Part shown: positions 18,917 to 29,409 of the stretch, one piece after another | How positions within the stretch are numbered: the stretch's first letter is position 1 | Layout of the letters: every line of letters begins with the position of its first letter | DNA from: Terriglobia bacterium | GTDB taxonomy: Bacteria > Acidobacteriota > Terriglobia > JAJPHL01 > JAPKYU01 | Length of the DNA stretch: 64,000 bases | Assembly (NCBI GenBank): GCA_965223005.1 | Contig: CBDCVK010000002.1 | Location: 352,001-416,000, forward strand | Direction: 5' to 3' | Notes under the pieces: model-generated | Databases searched by the model: none | What the model was told of the DNA's origin: nothing | The model's input: the letters and a program-made list of their open reading frames with translations, nothing else | Translations under genes and position numbers: made by a program

Positions 18917-19657
18917 TCAGGCTCTTGCCGCCCGGGCTTGAGGCGCTGCGGTAACCCGGCGCGGCATTCGCCGCCTGCCGTTGGCGTCAGGTTCCGAAGC
19001 GGCCGGGATGCGGATGGCTAAAGGCAGGAAATGGTAGGGCGGCCAGGGCCCGCTGAGCAGCAATTGGCAGTCCTTCATCCGTCCAGCCGCAGCGGAATGG
19101 ATACGCTGGTAGTGACTCACTTGGCGGCCTTCAATCAGGTGAGCAAAATGCACCAGCGCGTCGCCGTTTTGCAGCGGCCGCACCGAAATCTGCTCTTCCA
19201 GCGGCTCGAACAAGCCGGCCAGCCGGCGGGTGGCCCGGCGCGTCAACTCCGGTTCGGGCGGCGGGTGATGAGCCTTAGAGGCCTTCCCCGTGGCCCTGGT
19301 CCCGTCAGTGGCGAACAGCAGCTTGACGTGCATTTCGACTTTGTCGCGCAGCCGGTTCATCGCTTCCCGGAATTCGGCCCGATTGGCCAGCAGAACCTGG
19401 CGGACCTGCTTCTCGCTCTCAAATATGGTTCCGAACCGGAAAGGCAGCACCGTGTGTTTCTCGAAGACGCGGTGCACCGCGCGGCCGTGCTGGATGATGC
19501 TGTGAGCGTTGGCGCTGAAGTTGCCTTCCAGGCGGCTGACCAGCATCACCAGCCGGCCTTCGCGGACCGGGAACACCGGCCGCTCGGCCACGCCTGGGAA
19601 AACGGTCCACTCTTGGTCTGGGGCAAGTCGAAGGATGCAATAGGCGTAATAAGGCAT
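18917..19657 (-). CDS. GvpL/GvpF family protein (orphan)
   Basis: YAYCI, HGRAV, TVLPFRFGT, EMHVKL, FAHLI, SGPWPPYHF match GvpF/L motifs. Confidence 0.85.
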   Translation of the reverse strand: MPYYAYCILRLAPDQEWTVFPGVAERPVFPVREGRLVMLVSRLEGNFSANAHSIIQHGRAVHRVFEKHTVLPFRFGTIFESEKQVRQVLLANRAEFREAMNRLRDKVEMHVKLLFATDGTRATGKASKAHHPPPEPELTRRATRRLAGLFEPLEEQISVRPLQNGDALVHFAHLIEGRQVSHYQRIHSAAAGRMKDCQLLLSGPWPPYHFLPLAIRIPAASEPDANGRRRMPRRVTAAPQARAARA

Positions 19658-19798
19658 GCTTTGACTATGCTAACCGGCTTGCTGGAAAATGTCTACAGTT
19701 AGGCTTTTTTTGGCTGAAGGCTGCGAGCGGTGCCGGCTCTGTCTCATATTGATTCTTGGAGAAGCCAAAGCTTCAGGACGCCTCTTAACGAGGAATTT

Positions 19799-19830
19799 GC
19801 CTACTCCTGTTGTTGCCTACTCCTGCTGTT
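19799..19830. repeat. 16-bp tandem duplication spanning the permease stop codon
   Basis: gcctactcctgttgtt / gcctactcctgctgtt. Confidence 0.75.
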
Positions 19831-21184
19831 GTTTCGCGGCAGGTGCCTCAAACGGCCACTCACGCTGGGAGTAGGCGTGCAGCAGGAAAGCCGCCAAGCC
19901 GGCGACCAGCAGGGCCACGGCCCACAGCATGTAGGTCCTCTGCGTCACGAAGATATAGATCCACAACAAGATACTTACCAAGGCGGGCAGTGGGTAGGCC
20001 CACATTCGGAAGGGGCGAGGCAGGTCGCGACGGTGGCGTCGCAGCAGCAGCAAGCCCACCGTTTGTCCCAGGAACTGCACCACCACTCGGATCACGATGA
20101 GCGTCTTGATCACCGCCCCCAGCGAGAACAGGCTGAAAACCGCGGCCGTGCCGCCGATCACCACTAGCGAGACTTGCGGGAAGCGCTCCTTTGGGTGAAG
20201 CCGGGCGAAGGAACGGAAGAAATTGCCGTCCAGCGCGGCCGCATAAGGGATCCTCGAGCTGCCCAGCAGAACCGAGAAGATTGAGGCGAAAGCGGTCCAC
20301 AGGATTAACACGGTAACCAACTGCGCTGCCCCCGGCCCGAATGCGCGCTCCATGAGGACCGACATCGGGAACTGGATTTGTTCCAGCTCCTGCCAGGGGA
20401 TGCTGCCCAACAGAGTGAAGTTCATCACCAGGTAGATCACGGCCACAACCGCCACCGAAGCCAAGATGGACCGGGGAAAGGTACGCTCGGGGTTTTTGAC
20501 CTCCCCACCCACGTAGCACACGTTGTAATAGCCCAAGTAATCGTAGACAGCGATCAGCGACGCGCTCCCCAGCCCGAGCCAGAACGCCCCGCTGAGCTCG
20601 AAGGCGCCGGGCGGAAAATCCAACGCCCGGGCCAGTTCAAAATTCTTCAGGCCGGCCACAATCGTCATGCCCAGGGTGAGCAGCACTCCCGCCAGCATGA
20701 ACACCGCCATTTTGCCGATCGTAGTGATGCGACGGTAGAGCAACAGGGTCACCAACAGCGCCACAGCCACAGCCACGCCCTTCTTCTGGTTTCCCGTTAA
20801 CCACGGTAGTAAGTAGCCAAGGTAGAGCGAAAAGCCGATGCTGCCCGAGGCGAACGAAAGCGGCGCGTGAAAGCAGACCTGCCAGATGAACAGGAACGAC
20901 ATCAGGCGCCCGCCGCGCCTCCCATAGGCTTCGCGCAGGTAGACATAAGTGCCGCCGGAGCCCGGCAGCGACGTGCTCAGCTCAGCCCACACAAGGCCAT
21001 CGCATATGGCCAGCAGAGCTCCCACAATCCAGCCGAGCATGGCCTGCGGACCGTGCATCGAGGACACCAGTAGGGGGATCGTGATGAACGGCCCGATGCC
21101 GATCATGTTGTTGACGTTCAGCGCGATCGCTTCACGCAGCCCGATGCCGCGAATCAGCTCCGGTTGCTCTTGTGGGTCAGCCAT
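19817..21184 (-). CDS. APC-family amino acid permease
   Basis: MIGIGPFITIP, AELSTSLPGSGGTYVYL, GGEVKNP, about 12 TM segments, RPFRMW; start set at ATG 21184. Confidence 0.92.
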   Translation of the reverse strand: MADPQEQPELIRGIGLREAIALNVNNMIGIGPFITIPLLVSSMHGPQAMLGWIVGALLAICDGLVWAELSTSLPGSGGTYVYLREAYGRRGGRLMSFLFIWQVCFHAPLSFASGSIGFSLYLGYLLPWLTGNQKKGVAVAVALLVTLLLYRRITTIGKMAVFMLAGVLLTLGMTIVAGLKNFELARALDFPPGAFELSGAFWLGLGSASLIAVYDYLGYYNVCYVGGEVKNPERTFPRSILASVAVVAVIYLVMNFTLLGSIPWQELEQIQFPMSVLMERAFGPGAAQLVTVLILWTAFASIFSVLLGSSRIPYAAALDGNFFRSFARLHPKERFPQVSLVVIGGTAAVFSLFSLGAVIKTLIVIRVVVQFLGQTVGLLLLRRHRRDLPRPFRMWAYPLPALVSILLWIYIFVTQRTYMLWAVALLVAGLAAFLLHAYSQREWPFEAPAAKQQQE

Positions 21185-21210
21185 TACGGGGAGAGGTGAC
21201 TCAGCGCAAG

Positions 21211-21297
21211 ACAACACGAAGACACCAAGACACGAAGATCACGAAATTTGCTGCGCCGAATCTTCTTGGCCTTTGAGTCTTTGTGCTTTTGTGGTGT
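21211..21297. repeat. Palindromic element with ~8-nt periodicity
   Basis: Left arm cacgaaga caccaaga cacgaaga; right arm ctttgagt ctttgtgc ttttgtgg is an imperfect reverse complement. Confidence 0.7.
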
Positions 21298-21302
21298 CTT
21301 TG

Positions 21303-23837
21303 TCATTTTTTAAGCTTTGCGGCGCTCAGCAGATTAGCCCAGATCCGATAAGCTCCGGGCACGCCGGCAGGCAGTTGCCGGAACCAGGAATAGCCGGTGT
21401 AGACATAGAGCCCTTTGCCGAAGCGGGCGACGAGCATGCCACCCTTTTGTGGCGGCTCACCGGGATCGTGTGAGGCCAGCAGCGGTGTGTACTCGGGGGC
21501 CCATTCGCTCATGAAATAGAGGCCGCGCTCTTGTACCCAACCGGCAAAGTCGGCGGCGGTGATGCGGTTAGGCGTGGTCAGCAAGTGGTGCTCTGGGACC
21601 AGGCTCTCGACCGGTTGCTCTTCCCGCGAGACGCGAGGGGCGCGTCGCTGCTGGCGCATCCAGTAGGGGCCGAAAGGGAACAGCCCGTCCTGTCTCCGGC
21701 CTGGCCACCTGCTGTTGTATTGGACGATGTAGACCCCACCCTGGCGCACGTAGTCCAGCAGGCGGCGACTGGCAGCCACCAGGTCTTTGCGGACCGCATA
21801 GGCTCGGATGCCGGCAACAATCGCATCGAAGCGCCCCAACTCCCCTGCCAGCAGTTCCTCTTCAGCAAGCAGGTGGACGGAAACACCCAACTGGCCCAGC
21901 GCTTCCGGGACCTGGTCGCCCGCTCCCATGATGTAGCCAACTCGCAGCTTCTCGGCCACCTTCGCCGCCACCGGGACCAGGCGGGTCTGGGCGGGCCGAA
22001 ACCAGTACTGTGGCCGGATATGTGGGTACTGGATCGCCTGGTATCCGGTGGCGACAGCTCCGTTGACCAACACCCGGAGCATGCCCGGCGCTGGTCCCGT
22101 CGGTCGCACGAGTAACTTTGCGATCAGTTCTTCACCCTGAGGAGGAGGCGTCAACTTCCGTGGCGTGACTTGCCAACCAGGCGAGGCCTGGACCTCCGGC
22201 GCCCACGGGACGGTGCGGTTGTTGCGCAGGCGGAGGGTGATCTCACGCTCGGCAGGCCTGTCTCCACTTTCAGGGAAAACGGTCACCGCCGGATGCAGCC
22301 AGGCTGCCAGAGGGGGAACGACCATGACCGGCCGATGCGCTTGGCCGTAGATCTGATCCACGTATCGGTGCTCCACAGGAACCCGGACGTGCGCCTCCAC
22401 GTCGGCGGTGCGAAACCGCACCCGAGCTTCGAGCAGTGGCGGGTTGTGAGGCTGCCCGATCAGCGAGGGGTCAGCAACCTCGTAGGAATCGCCCTGGCGC
22501 GCCAGTTGCAACCAGTAGGGCTGCCAGGGAGGCGCGTCCAGCGGCAGCGTCACCGTGAACAGGCGTGAGGCGGCGCGGTTGTACTCCAGAGTAGTGGGCG
22601 TCCAATCGGAAGGCTCCACTGGCCAGCTGGCGGGGGCGTCCAACGCGATTTCCTTCACCTCCAGGGACACAGGTGCGCGGTTCCAGGCGGTGACGCTGAT
22701 CTGGTAGGAGTCGCCGGGGACCAGTTCTGCGCCGCCGGTGAGGGCTTCGACCGCCAGGCCGTGGGCCAGCGCCAGGGCATTGCTGAACTCGGCTTCCTTT
22801 TGTGCGCGCAAGGGAGTCGGCAGTTGGCGCGCCAGTTCCAGCCCCCGTGCCAGCGCACCGATCAGTTCGGCGCTGTCGCCGGCGCCCAGGGCGGCTTTGG
22901 CTCGCTCGATCTGGTCCAGCAAAAGCCCAGGCGCAATCTTGGCGTCCACCCCATCCAGCAGGTCTTGCTCCTGCGCGCGCCGTGTCTCCAGGTTCGCAGA
23001 CGGCTCTCCCGGAAGCACCGTATCCATCAGCAGCAGGGCTAGGCGCCTTGGGCCCTTTCTTTGCTGCGCGCCCATAGCCTGGCTGCGGTGGAGGCTGCGG
23101 CCTTCCATAGCCAGCTCGGCGTAGGAGCGGCCCAGAAGGGGGCTGTAGTCGCCCACCTCAATTTCGAGCGCGCCTTCGGGCAGCGGCAAGCTGGCCGCCC
23201 GGCCGTAGCGATTGACAGTGATGTAGAGCTTGGCGGCCTGCCAGGGTTCCAGCCCCGCTTGGATCTGCGCGGGGAAACGCGCTGGGTCCGCCGCGGCACG
23301 GAAGGCTTCCCGCGCCAGTAGACCTGCAGCGGCGTGCTGCCCGTGGCCGTCCTGCGGCCCGCCGGCAAAGCGGGAGATAATCACTTGCGGGCGGAATCGC
23401 CGGATGACCCGGACAAAATCAGACAGCGTCCGCTCATGACCCCAGCGGGCGAGCGCTTCCTCGGCGTCGCGCGAGTAACCGAAGTCGTAGGCGCGGGTAA
23501 AGAACTGCTCGGCTCCATCCAGGCGCCGGGCCGCCAGCAGCTCCTCGGTGCGCAGTAGGCCCAGAGCTTCGTACTGCTCGGCCCCCAGAAGGTTTTGCCC
23601 GCCTTCTCCGCGAGTCACTGAAAGGTAGGCGGTCCGCACGCCCCGGCCACGGGCCAGGTAAGCCAGCAGCGCTGTGTGTTCATCATCCGGGTGCGCGCCG
23701 ATGTGTAGAACGGCTGCGGTGACCGGGAGGCGATTCAACGCCAGTGCCAGCGCTGCCTGTCCCTGAGGCTCGGCACCATGACAAAGGACAGCAATCAGAA
23801 GCCCGAGAAGGTGCACGAAAACACGTCGCATGAGCAA
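21303..23837 (-). CDS. PIG-L/LmbE-family deacetylase with Ig-like and C-terminal GATase-like domains
   Basis: Signal peptide; GAHPDDE, TRGEGGQN, RTEELLAARRLDG, HGQH, HRSQAMG, WVQERGLYF, FRQLPAGVPGAYR. Confidence 0.9.
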   Translation of the reverse strand: MLMRRVFVHLLGLLIAVLCHGAEPQGQAALALALNRLPVTAAVLHIGAHPDDEHTALLAYLARGRGVRTAYLSVTRGEGGQNLLGAEQYEALGLLRTEELLAARRLDGAEQFFTRAYDFGYSRDAEEALARWGHERTLSDFVRVIRRFRPQVIISRFAGGPQDGHGQHAAAGLLAREAFRAAADPARFPAQIQAGLEPWQAAKLYITVNRYGRAASLPLPEGALEIEVGDYSPLLGRSYAELAMEGRSLHRSQAMGAQQRKGPRRLALLLMDTVLPGEPSANLETRRAQEQDLLDGVDAKIAPGLLLDQIERAKAALGAGDSAELIGALARGLELARQLPTPLRAQKEAEFSNALALAHGLAVEALTGGAELVPGDSYQISVTAWNRAPVSLEVKEIALDAPASWPVEPSDWTPTTLEYNRAASRLFTVTLPLDAPPWQPYWLQLARQGDSYEVADPSLIGQPHNPPLLEARVRFRTADVEAHVRVPVEHRYVDQIYGQAHRPVMVVPPLAAWLHPAVTVFPESGDRPAEREITLRLRNNRTVPWAPEVQASPGWQVTPRKLTPPPQGEELIAKLLVRPTGPAPGMLRVLVNGAVATGYQAIQYPHIRPQYWFRPAQTRLVPVAAKVAEKLRVGYIMGAGDQVPEALGQLGVSVHLLAEEELLAGELGRFDAIVAGIRAYAVRKDLVAASRRLLDYVRQGGVYIVQYNSRWPGRRQDGLFPFGPYWMRQQRRAPRVSREEQPVESLVPEHHLLTTPNRITAADFAGWVQERGLYFMSEWAPEYTPLLASHDPGEPPQKGGMLVARFGKGLYVYTGYSWFRQLPAGVPGAYRIWANLLSAAKLKK

Positions 23838-23969
23838 GGTAGTTTAAACTGCGCTGGTGAGGAACTAAAGGTGCTTGGCGCAGGAGCAAGCGGCGGGACC
23901 TCTTGCCAACATTGCCGACTTCGTTCGTGTCTGCAATCTGAGAGGGAACTGCGCCTGAGGCGGGCGACG

Positions 23970-23997
23970 TTGACATCGGCGCGATTTCCGGTAAAAT
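23970..23997 (+). promoter_or_regulatory. Sigma70 promoter for yceD-rpmF
   Basis: TTGACA, 16-nt spacer, TAAAAT. Confidence 0.7.
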
Positions 23998-24065
23998 CAA
24001 TTGTTTAGGCAGCCCCAAGAGATTTCCAGCAGCGTTCTCGAGCGGCCCTGGATCGGGCTGGGACC

Positions 24066-24572
24066 ATGTTCATCGCTGTTCAAGAGTTACAAGACCATCG
24101 GGTCAAGTTCGACGAGTCGTTTCCCCCGGGCCATGTAGACTATCTCACCGAGGGAATCCAGCAGGTAGCACGGCTTGAGGTTCACGGAGCGGCCAGCTTG
24201 CTGGCCGGGGAAATTGAAATCCGAGGCCAGGTGAGCACGACGATGGAAATGCCTTGCGCGCGCTGCCTGGATCCGGTGCTGCAACCGGTGGACCGGGAGT
24301 TCGATCTGGCCTACCGGTCCATCAGAACCATGGCCCGGGGCGATGAATTTGAGGTGCCGCGCGGGGAAGAGGAACTGGGCTTCTACCATGGGGATGGGTT
24401 GCTGTTGGAGGACGTGGCCAAGGAGCAGGTGCTGCTTTCACTCCCCATGAAGAGCGTCTGTCGCAGCGACTGCCGCGGGCTGTGCCCCCAATGCGGCTGC
24501 AATTTGAACCACTCATCTTGCGGCTGCGCCAGCCGTAAAGTCGACCCGAGATGGGAAAGGCTGCGCAGGTAG
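24066..24572 (+). CDS. yceD: YceD/DUF177 family protein
   Basis: CARCL, PMKSVCRSDCRGLCPQCG, DPRW; directly upstream of rpmF. Confidence 0.92.
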   Translation: MFIAVQELQDHRVKFDESFPPGHVDYLTEGIQQVARLEVHGAASLLAGEIEIRGQVSTTMEMPCARCLDPVLQPVDREFDLAYRSIRTMARGDEFEVPRGEEELGFYHGDGLLLEDVAKEQVLLSLPMKSVCRSDCRGLCPQCGCNLNHSSCGCASRKVDPRWERLRR

Positions 24573-24774
24573 CAGCCGCTGCGGTTTTTGGAAGATCTCT
24601 AAGTTTTGCGAAACAAGCCAAATCAAGCCATTAAGAATCAGCGGCTTGGGCCTTGACAGATGACCTTTTACCTTAGCTGCCCAGATGCCGCGCCGCGGCC
24701 GCTGCCAACCGAGCGACAGTGGCAGCTCGTGAGCTGGCTCAGCAGGCGAGATTCGATATTTCGGGAGTAACCTT

Positions 24775-24957
24775 ATGCCCAATCCTAAACGCCGCCATTC
24801 CAAGCGGAGAAAAAACAGCCGTCGCGCCCATGACCATCTATCGGCGATTCCATTGAGCGAATGTTCCAATTGTCATGAAAAGAAATTGCCGCATCAGGTC
24901 TGCCCTCATTGCGGCTACTACAAAGGGCGCGCAATCGTGGAGGCAGCGTCGGAGTAG
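24775..24957 (+). CDS. rpmF: 50S ribosomal protein L32
   Basis: MPNPKRRHSKRR; CSNC..HQVCPHCGYYKG. Confidence 0.97.
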   Translation: MPNPKRRHSKRRKNSRRAHDHLSAIPLSECSNCHEKKLPHQVCPHCGYYKGRAIVEAASE

Positions 24958-24990
24958 GCCGTGATGGGCGTCCTCCAGGCTCTCAGCCAT

Positions 24991-25018
24991 TGCTTCGGGT
25001 GAGGTGCTTCGGGTGAGG
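24991..25018. repeat. Exact 14-bp tandem duplication containing a GAGG SD-like motif upstream of fabD
   Basis: tgcttcgggtgagg x2. Confidence 0.85.
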
Positions 25019-25031
25019 TAGCCGACTTCTC

Positions 25032-25997
25032 ATGTCCCGATTAGCTTTTCTGTTTCCCGGGCAGGGGTCGCAGTCTCCGGGCATGGGCCGCGAGCTGGCC
25101 GAGCGGTATGCTGTGGGCGGCGCGGTCTTCGAGGAAGCCGACCGCGCCCTCGGGTTCTCGCTCTCATCGCTGTGCTTCCACGGTCCCGAGGCGCAGCTCA
25201 AGCTGACCGAGCACACGCAGCCGGCGATTCTGGCATGCTCCGTGGCCTGCTTCCGTGTGCTGGAGGACCGCGGTGCGCTGCCGGACTATGTGGCCGGGCA
25301 TAGTCTGGGGGAATATTCAGGGCTTGTAGCGGCGGGTGCGCTTTCATTTGCCGACGCTGTCCAGACGGTTCGAAACCGCGGGCGGTACATGCAGGAGGCA
25401 GTGCCAGTAGGGACTGGCGCCATGGCTGCCATTACGCGGCTGCCCCTGGCGGCCGTGGAGGAGGTCTGCCGCGAGGCGGCGCAGGGGGAAGTGGTTTCGC
25501 CCGCCAACATCAACTCGCCGGAGCAGATCGCCATCTCCGGCCATGACGGCGCCGTGCGCCGCGCCGTGGAACTGGCCAAGCAGCGCGGCGCCAGGCGTGC
25601 AATGCTGTTGCCGGTCAGCGCCCCGTTTCACTGTGCGCTGATGAAGCCGGCGCAGGAGCGGCTGGCTGCCGATCTTGAGAAGTTGAGATTTGGCGACCTG
25701 CGCTTTCCCCTGATCAACAACCTGGGGGCGCAGGAGATTCGCGGCTCGGCCGAAGCCCGGGCCGGGCTGATCGGCCAGGTCTCGGCGCCCGTCCTGTGGG
25801 AGCAGTCGATTCGCAAGCTGGTTTCGCTGGGCGTCAGGCGGTTCGTGGAAGTTGGCCCCGGCAAGGTGCTTTCCGGTCTGCTGCGGCAGATCGACGCATC
25901 GCTGGTCGCCTTCCAGGTCCAGGATGCGGCGAGCCTGGAGGCCACGACGGAGGGCCTGAGAGTTGTCGAACCAGCGCGGGAAGGCTCCGCTTACTGA
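25032..25997 (+). CDS. fabD: Malonyl-CoA:ACP transacylase
   Basis: FPGQGSQ, GHSLGEY, VSAPFHC, EVGPGKVL. Confidence 0.97.
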   Translation: MSRLAFLFPGQGSQSPGMGRELAERYAVGGAVFEEADRALGFSLSSLCFHGPEAQLKLTEHTQPAILACSVACFRVLEDRGALPDYVAGHSLGEYSGLVAAGALSFADAVQTVRNRGRYMQEAVPVGTGAMAAITRLPLAAVEEVCREAAQGEVVSPANINSPEQIAISGHDGAVRRAVELAKQRGARRAMLLPVSAPFHCALMKPAQERLAADLEKLRFGDLRFPLINNLGAQEIRGSAEARAGLIGQVSAPVLWEQSIRKLVSLGVRRFVEVGPGKVLSGLLRQIDASLVAFQVQDAASLEATTEGLRVVEPAREGSAY

Positions 25998-26101
25998 GTG
26001 CCAATTAAGTCTGGGACGTTGCAGGAAAACATGAGTCGCATGCCGCCATTCAACCGGGCGACAGTTGATCTCGCCTGCCGCCGCCGAATACGGGACGCAA
26101 C

Positions 26102-26839
26102 ATGAAAGGCCGAGTCGCTTTTGTTACGGGTGCATCGCAAGGTATCGGGCGCGCTTGTGCCCAATCGCTGGCGGAAGCCGGCGCCCGACTGGTGCTGGCC
26201 GCCCGCAATCAGCAGAAACTTGCTGAAGCGGTCCAGCAGGCGGAAAGCCTGGGGGCCGAGGCGCTGGCAGTGCCGATGGATGTGGCCGACCCCGCGCAGA
26301 TCGAGGCAGCCTTCCGCCAGGCGCGCGAGCGCTTCGGCAAAATCGAGATCCTGGTCAACAATGCAGGAATCGCGCGCGACCACCTGGTGCTGCGGATGAA
26401 GCGGGAGGATTGGGATGCAGTGCTGGCCACCAACCTGACCGGGGCGTACCTGTGCATTCAGCAGGTGCTGCCCGGCATGATCCGCCAGCGGTACGGACGA
26501 ATTGTGAACATCACCTCCGTGGTGGCCCAGATGGGCAATGCCGGCCAGGCCAACTACATCGCCTCCAAGGCCGGCCTCATCGGCCTGACCAAGGCTATTG
26601 CCCAGGAGGTGGCCTCGCGCACCGTCACTGCGAATGCGGTGGCGCCGGGGTTCATCGCTACACCGATGACCGAGGGGCTCGGTGAGGAGGCTCGCGGAAA
26701 ACTGTTGGCGAGGATCCCGCTGGGGCGTATAGGAGCTGACCGCGACGTAGCGGTGGCCGTCCGCTTTCTGGCCTCTGAGGCGTCGGGCTATATTACCGGG
26801 CAGGTTCTGCACGTGAATGGCGGCTTGTACATGGCCTGA
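26102..26839 (+). CDS. fabG: 3-oxoacyl-ACP reductase
   Basis: TGASQGIG, NNAG, GNAGQANYIASK; between fabD and acpP. Confidence 0.96.
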   Translation: MKGRVAFVTGASQGIGRACAQSLAEAGARLVLAARNQQKLAEAVQQAESLGAEALAVPMDVADPAQIEAAFRQARERFGKIEILVNNAGIARDHLVLRMKREDWDAVLATNLTGAYLCIQQVLPGMIRQRYGRIVNITSVVAQMGNAGQANYIASKAGLIGLTKAIAQEVASRTVTANAVAPGFIATPMTEGLGEEARGKLLARIPLGRIGADRDVAVAVRFLASEASGYITGQVLHVNGGLYMA

Positions 26840-26845
26840 TTGCAC

Positions 26846-26942
26846 GTCCAAGGTCCGAAGTCAGAAACGAAAAAAGTCCACTGGGTTCCTCTTGGAATCT
26901 AGATCACGGACTTCGGACTCCCTTATGGACCTTGGACTTTGG
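26846..26942. repeat. Palindromic element with 7-nt periodicity
   Basis: gtccaaggtccgaagtc versus gacttcggac...ggaccttggactttgg. Confidence 0.7.
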
Positions 26943-27009
26943 GCCTCCTTGTGCTAAGAATGACGGCTTGTCTGGTAGCGCGTAAGTTCCAAACGGGAGG
27001 AGCAGTGGA

Positions 27010-27249
27010 ATGGCAGATGTCGAAGAGCGAGTGAAGCAGATCATCGTTGAGCAACTTGGCGTGGATGAGGCCGAGGTCACACCCACGGCATCTTTTGTCG
27101 ACGACCTTGGGGCCGACTCGCTGGACACGGTCGAATTGGTCATGGCTTTTGAGGAGGCGTTCGAGATCGAGATCCCGGACGAGGAGGCGGAGAAAATCCA
27201 GACGGTGAAAAACGCCATTGAATACGTCCAGAAACATGCCAAAAAGTAG
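27010..27249 (+). CDS. acpP: Acyl carrier protein
   Basis: [14 protein letters not shown] phosphopantetheine site. Confidence 0.98.
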   Translation: MADVEERVKQIIVEQLGVDEAEVTPTASFVDDLGADSLDTVELVMAFEEAFEIEIPDEEAEKIQTVKNAIEYVQKHAKK

Positions 27250-27353
27250 GTGGCAGCTTTTGGGGTCGGTGGTGGGTTGCCGCCCGGCCAGCGAGGTGCT
27301 GAATTCTAGGGGCCGGCCGCCGGCGAGCAGCACTGTAGGACACTGAGGGGTTC

Positions 27354-28595
27354 ATGGGACGCAGAGTGGTGGTTACCGGAGTGGGTTTGGTTTCCCCGCT
27401 GGGCGTGGGGACGGAGGAAAGCTGGCAGGCCTTGCTGGCGGGCAAGAGCGGGGTCGCGCCCATCACCCACTTCGATGCTTCGCAATTTTCCTGCAGGATC
27501 GCCGCCGAGGTGAAAGGGTTCGACCCGCTACGTTGGATCCCGAAGAAAGAAGTGAAAAAGATGGGCCGCTTCATTCACCTGGCGATCGCGGCCGGGGACT
27601 TCGCCATGGAGATGGCCGGCCTGAAAGTGACTGCAGAAATCGCCGATCGAGTGGGTGTCTACGTCAGCTCCGGGATCGGCGGGTTCGACGTGATCGAACG
27701 GGAGCATGCCGCCCTGCTGGCTGGCGGGCCGCGCAAGATCTCGCCATTCTTCATCCCGGGTTCCATTGTGAATCTGGCCTCGGGCCATATGTCGATTCGC
27801 TACAACGCCCGGGGGCCGAACTCGGCCACTGCCACCGCCTGCTCTGCCAGCGCGCATGCGGCGGGCGATTCGTTCCGCATCATCAGTCACTGCGACGCCG
27901 ACGTGATGATCTGCGGCGGCGCGGAAGCCGCTATCACTCCAATGGGGGTGGGCGGCTTTGCCGCGATGCGCGCCCTCTCGGTGCGCAATGACGAGGCGGA
28001 ACACGCCTCGCGCCCCTTCGACAAGGACCGCGATGGCTTCGTCATCGGCGAAGGTGCCGGCATGCTGGTGCTGGAGGAACTGGAATTCGCGCGGCGCCGG
28101 GGCGCGCGAATCCTGGCTGAAGTGGTGGGTTACGGAATGAGCAGCGACGCCTTCCATATCACCCAACCCTCCGAGAGTGGCGACGGCGCCTACCGCGTCA
28201 TGCGGAACGCGCTGGCCGACGCCCGTGTGGCACCCGACCAGGTGGGCTATATTAACGCCCACGGTACCTCCACACCCTATAACGACAAGCTGGAAACCCT
28301 GGCCATCAAGCGGGCTTTCGGCGAGCACGCCTACAAGCTGGCGGTCAGCTCCACCAAGTCCATGACTGGGCACCTGCTGGGCGGGGCTGGAGGTCTGGAA
28401 GCCGGCATCACCATGCTGGCGCTCCGCGATCAGCTCCTGCCCCCCACGATCAACTATGAGACACCCGACCCGGAGTGCGACCTGGATTACGTCCCGAACA
28501 ACGCTCGGAAGGCCAAGTTCGAGTATGCGCTGACCAACTCATTCGGGTTCGGAGGCACCAACGCCTCCCTCCTGTTCAAACGCTATTCAGGGTAA
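27354..28595 (+). CDS. fabF: Beta-ketoacyl-ACP synthase II
   Basis: [39 protein letters not shown]. Confidence 0.97.
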   Translation: MGRRVVVTGVGLVSPLGVGTEESWQALLAGKSGVAPITHFDASQFSCRIAAEVKGFDPLRWIPKKEVKKMGRFIHLAIAAGDFAMEMAGLKVTAEIADRVGVYVSSGIGGFDVIEREHAALLAGGPRKISPFFIPGSIVNLASGHMSIRYNARGPNSATATACSASAHAAGDSFRIISHCDADVMICGGAEAAITPMGVGGFAAMRALSVRNDEAEHASRPFDKDRDGFVIGEGAGMLVLEELEFARRRGARILAEVVGYGMSSDAFHITQPSESGDGAYRVMRNALADARVAPDQVGYINAHGTSTPYNDKLETLAIKRAFGEHAYKLAVSSTKSMTGHLLGGAGGLEAGITMLALRDQLLPPTINYETPDPECDLDYVPNNARKAKFEYALTNSFGFGGTNASLLFKRYSG

Positions 28596-28607
28596 CGCCG
28601 GGGTTTC

Positions 28608-29399
28608 ATGAAGTTGATCGTCTGCATCAAGCAAGTGCCGGCCCGCGACTCCACTCTCCGCCTGGACGCCGCGCAAACCTGGATCCGCGAGAGCGACATC
28701 AGCTACGAGATCAACGAGCCGGATGCCTACGCTCTGGAAGCTGCCTTGCGCCTGAAGGAGCAGCATGGGGGCGAAGTGGTAGCGATATCGGCAGGTCCGG
28801 CGCGCGTGCTGCAAGTGATCCGCGAGGCTCTGGCCAAGGGTGCCGATCGAGCCATCCACCTGGAGGACGACGCCTTCGTGCAACTCGACGCCTTCAACAC
28901 TGCGCGCCTGCTAGCCACCGGCATGAAGGACGAAGCCTATGACCTGGTATTGGCCGGGTTGCAATCCGACGACTTGGGTTTCGCACAGACGGGTGTCATT
29001 CTGGCCGAACTGCTCGGCGTACCGCACGCCACCATCATCATGGATGTGCAGCCGGCCGAGGGGCGCGTGCGCGTCAAGCGCGAACTTGAGGGAGGTTGGT
29101 TTCAGACGGTGGAGATGCCGCTGCCGGCCGTGCTCACCATTCAGTCGGGGCTGGCCCGGTTGCGCTATGCCACTCTCATGGGAATCAAGAAAGCCAAGAA
29201 CAAGCCGGTCCGCCGCCTCACCAAGGCTAACCTGGGGGCCGACCTGGAGTGGCAGGACGCGGACTGGGGAAACCGGCAGAGCATCCGCCGAGTTTACGTC
29301 CCGCGCAAGACCAAGCAGACCCAATTCCTGGACGGCTCGCCCAAGGAGGTAGCGGTTCAGTTAGTGGAGAAACTGAAATTCGAGGCCCGCGTCTTGTGA
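28608..29399 (+). CDS. etfB: Electron transfer flavoprotein beta subunit
   Basis: VCIKQVP, INEPDAYALEAALRLKE, GLQSDD, RELEGG, LRYATLMGI. Confidence 0.95.
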   Translation: MKLIVCIKQVPARDSTLRLDAAQTWIRESDISYEINEPDAYALEAALRLKEQHGGEVVAISAGPARVLQVIREALAKGADRAIHLEDDAFVQLDAFNTARLLATGMKDEAYDLVLAGLQSDDLGFAQTGVILAELLGVPHATIIMDVQPAEGRVRVKRELEGGWFQTVEMPLPAVLTIQSGLARLRYATLMGIKKAKNKPVRRLTKANLGADLEWQDADWGNRQSIRRVYVPRKTKQTQFLDGSPKEVAVQLVEKLKFEARVL

Positions 29400-29409
29400 G
29401 CAGTTTCCG

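Noticed and set aside
18868-19816. Cobalamin or SAM riboswitch upstream of metE (also checked upstream of the yitJ-like gene)
   Set aside because: No B12-box or S-box consensus visible, and the gap before metE is only 49 bp.
24653-24681. TTGACA upstream of rpmF as a promoter
   Set aside because: No acceptable -10 hexamer at 16-18 nt spacing.
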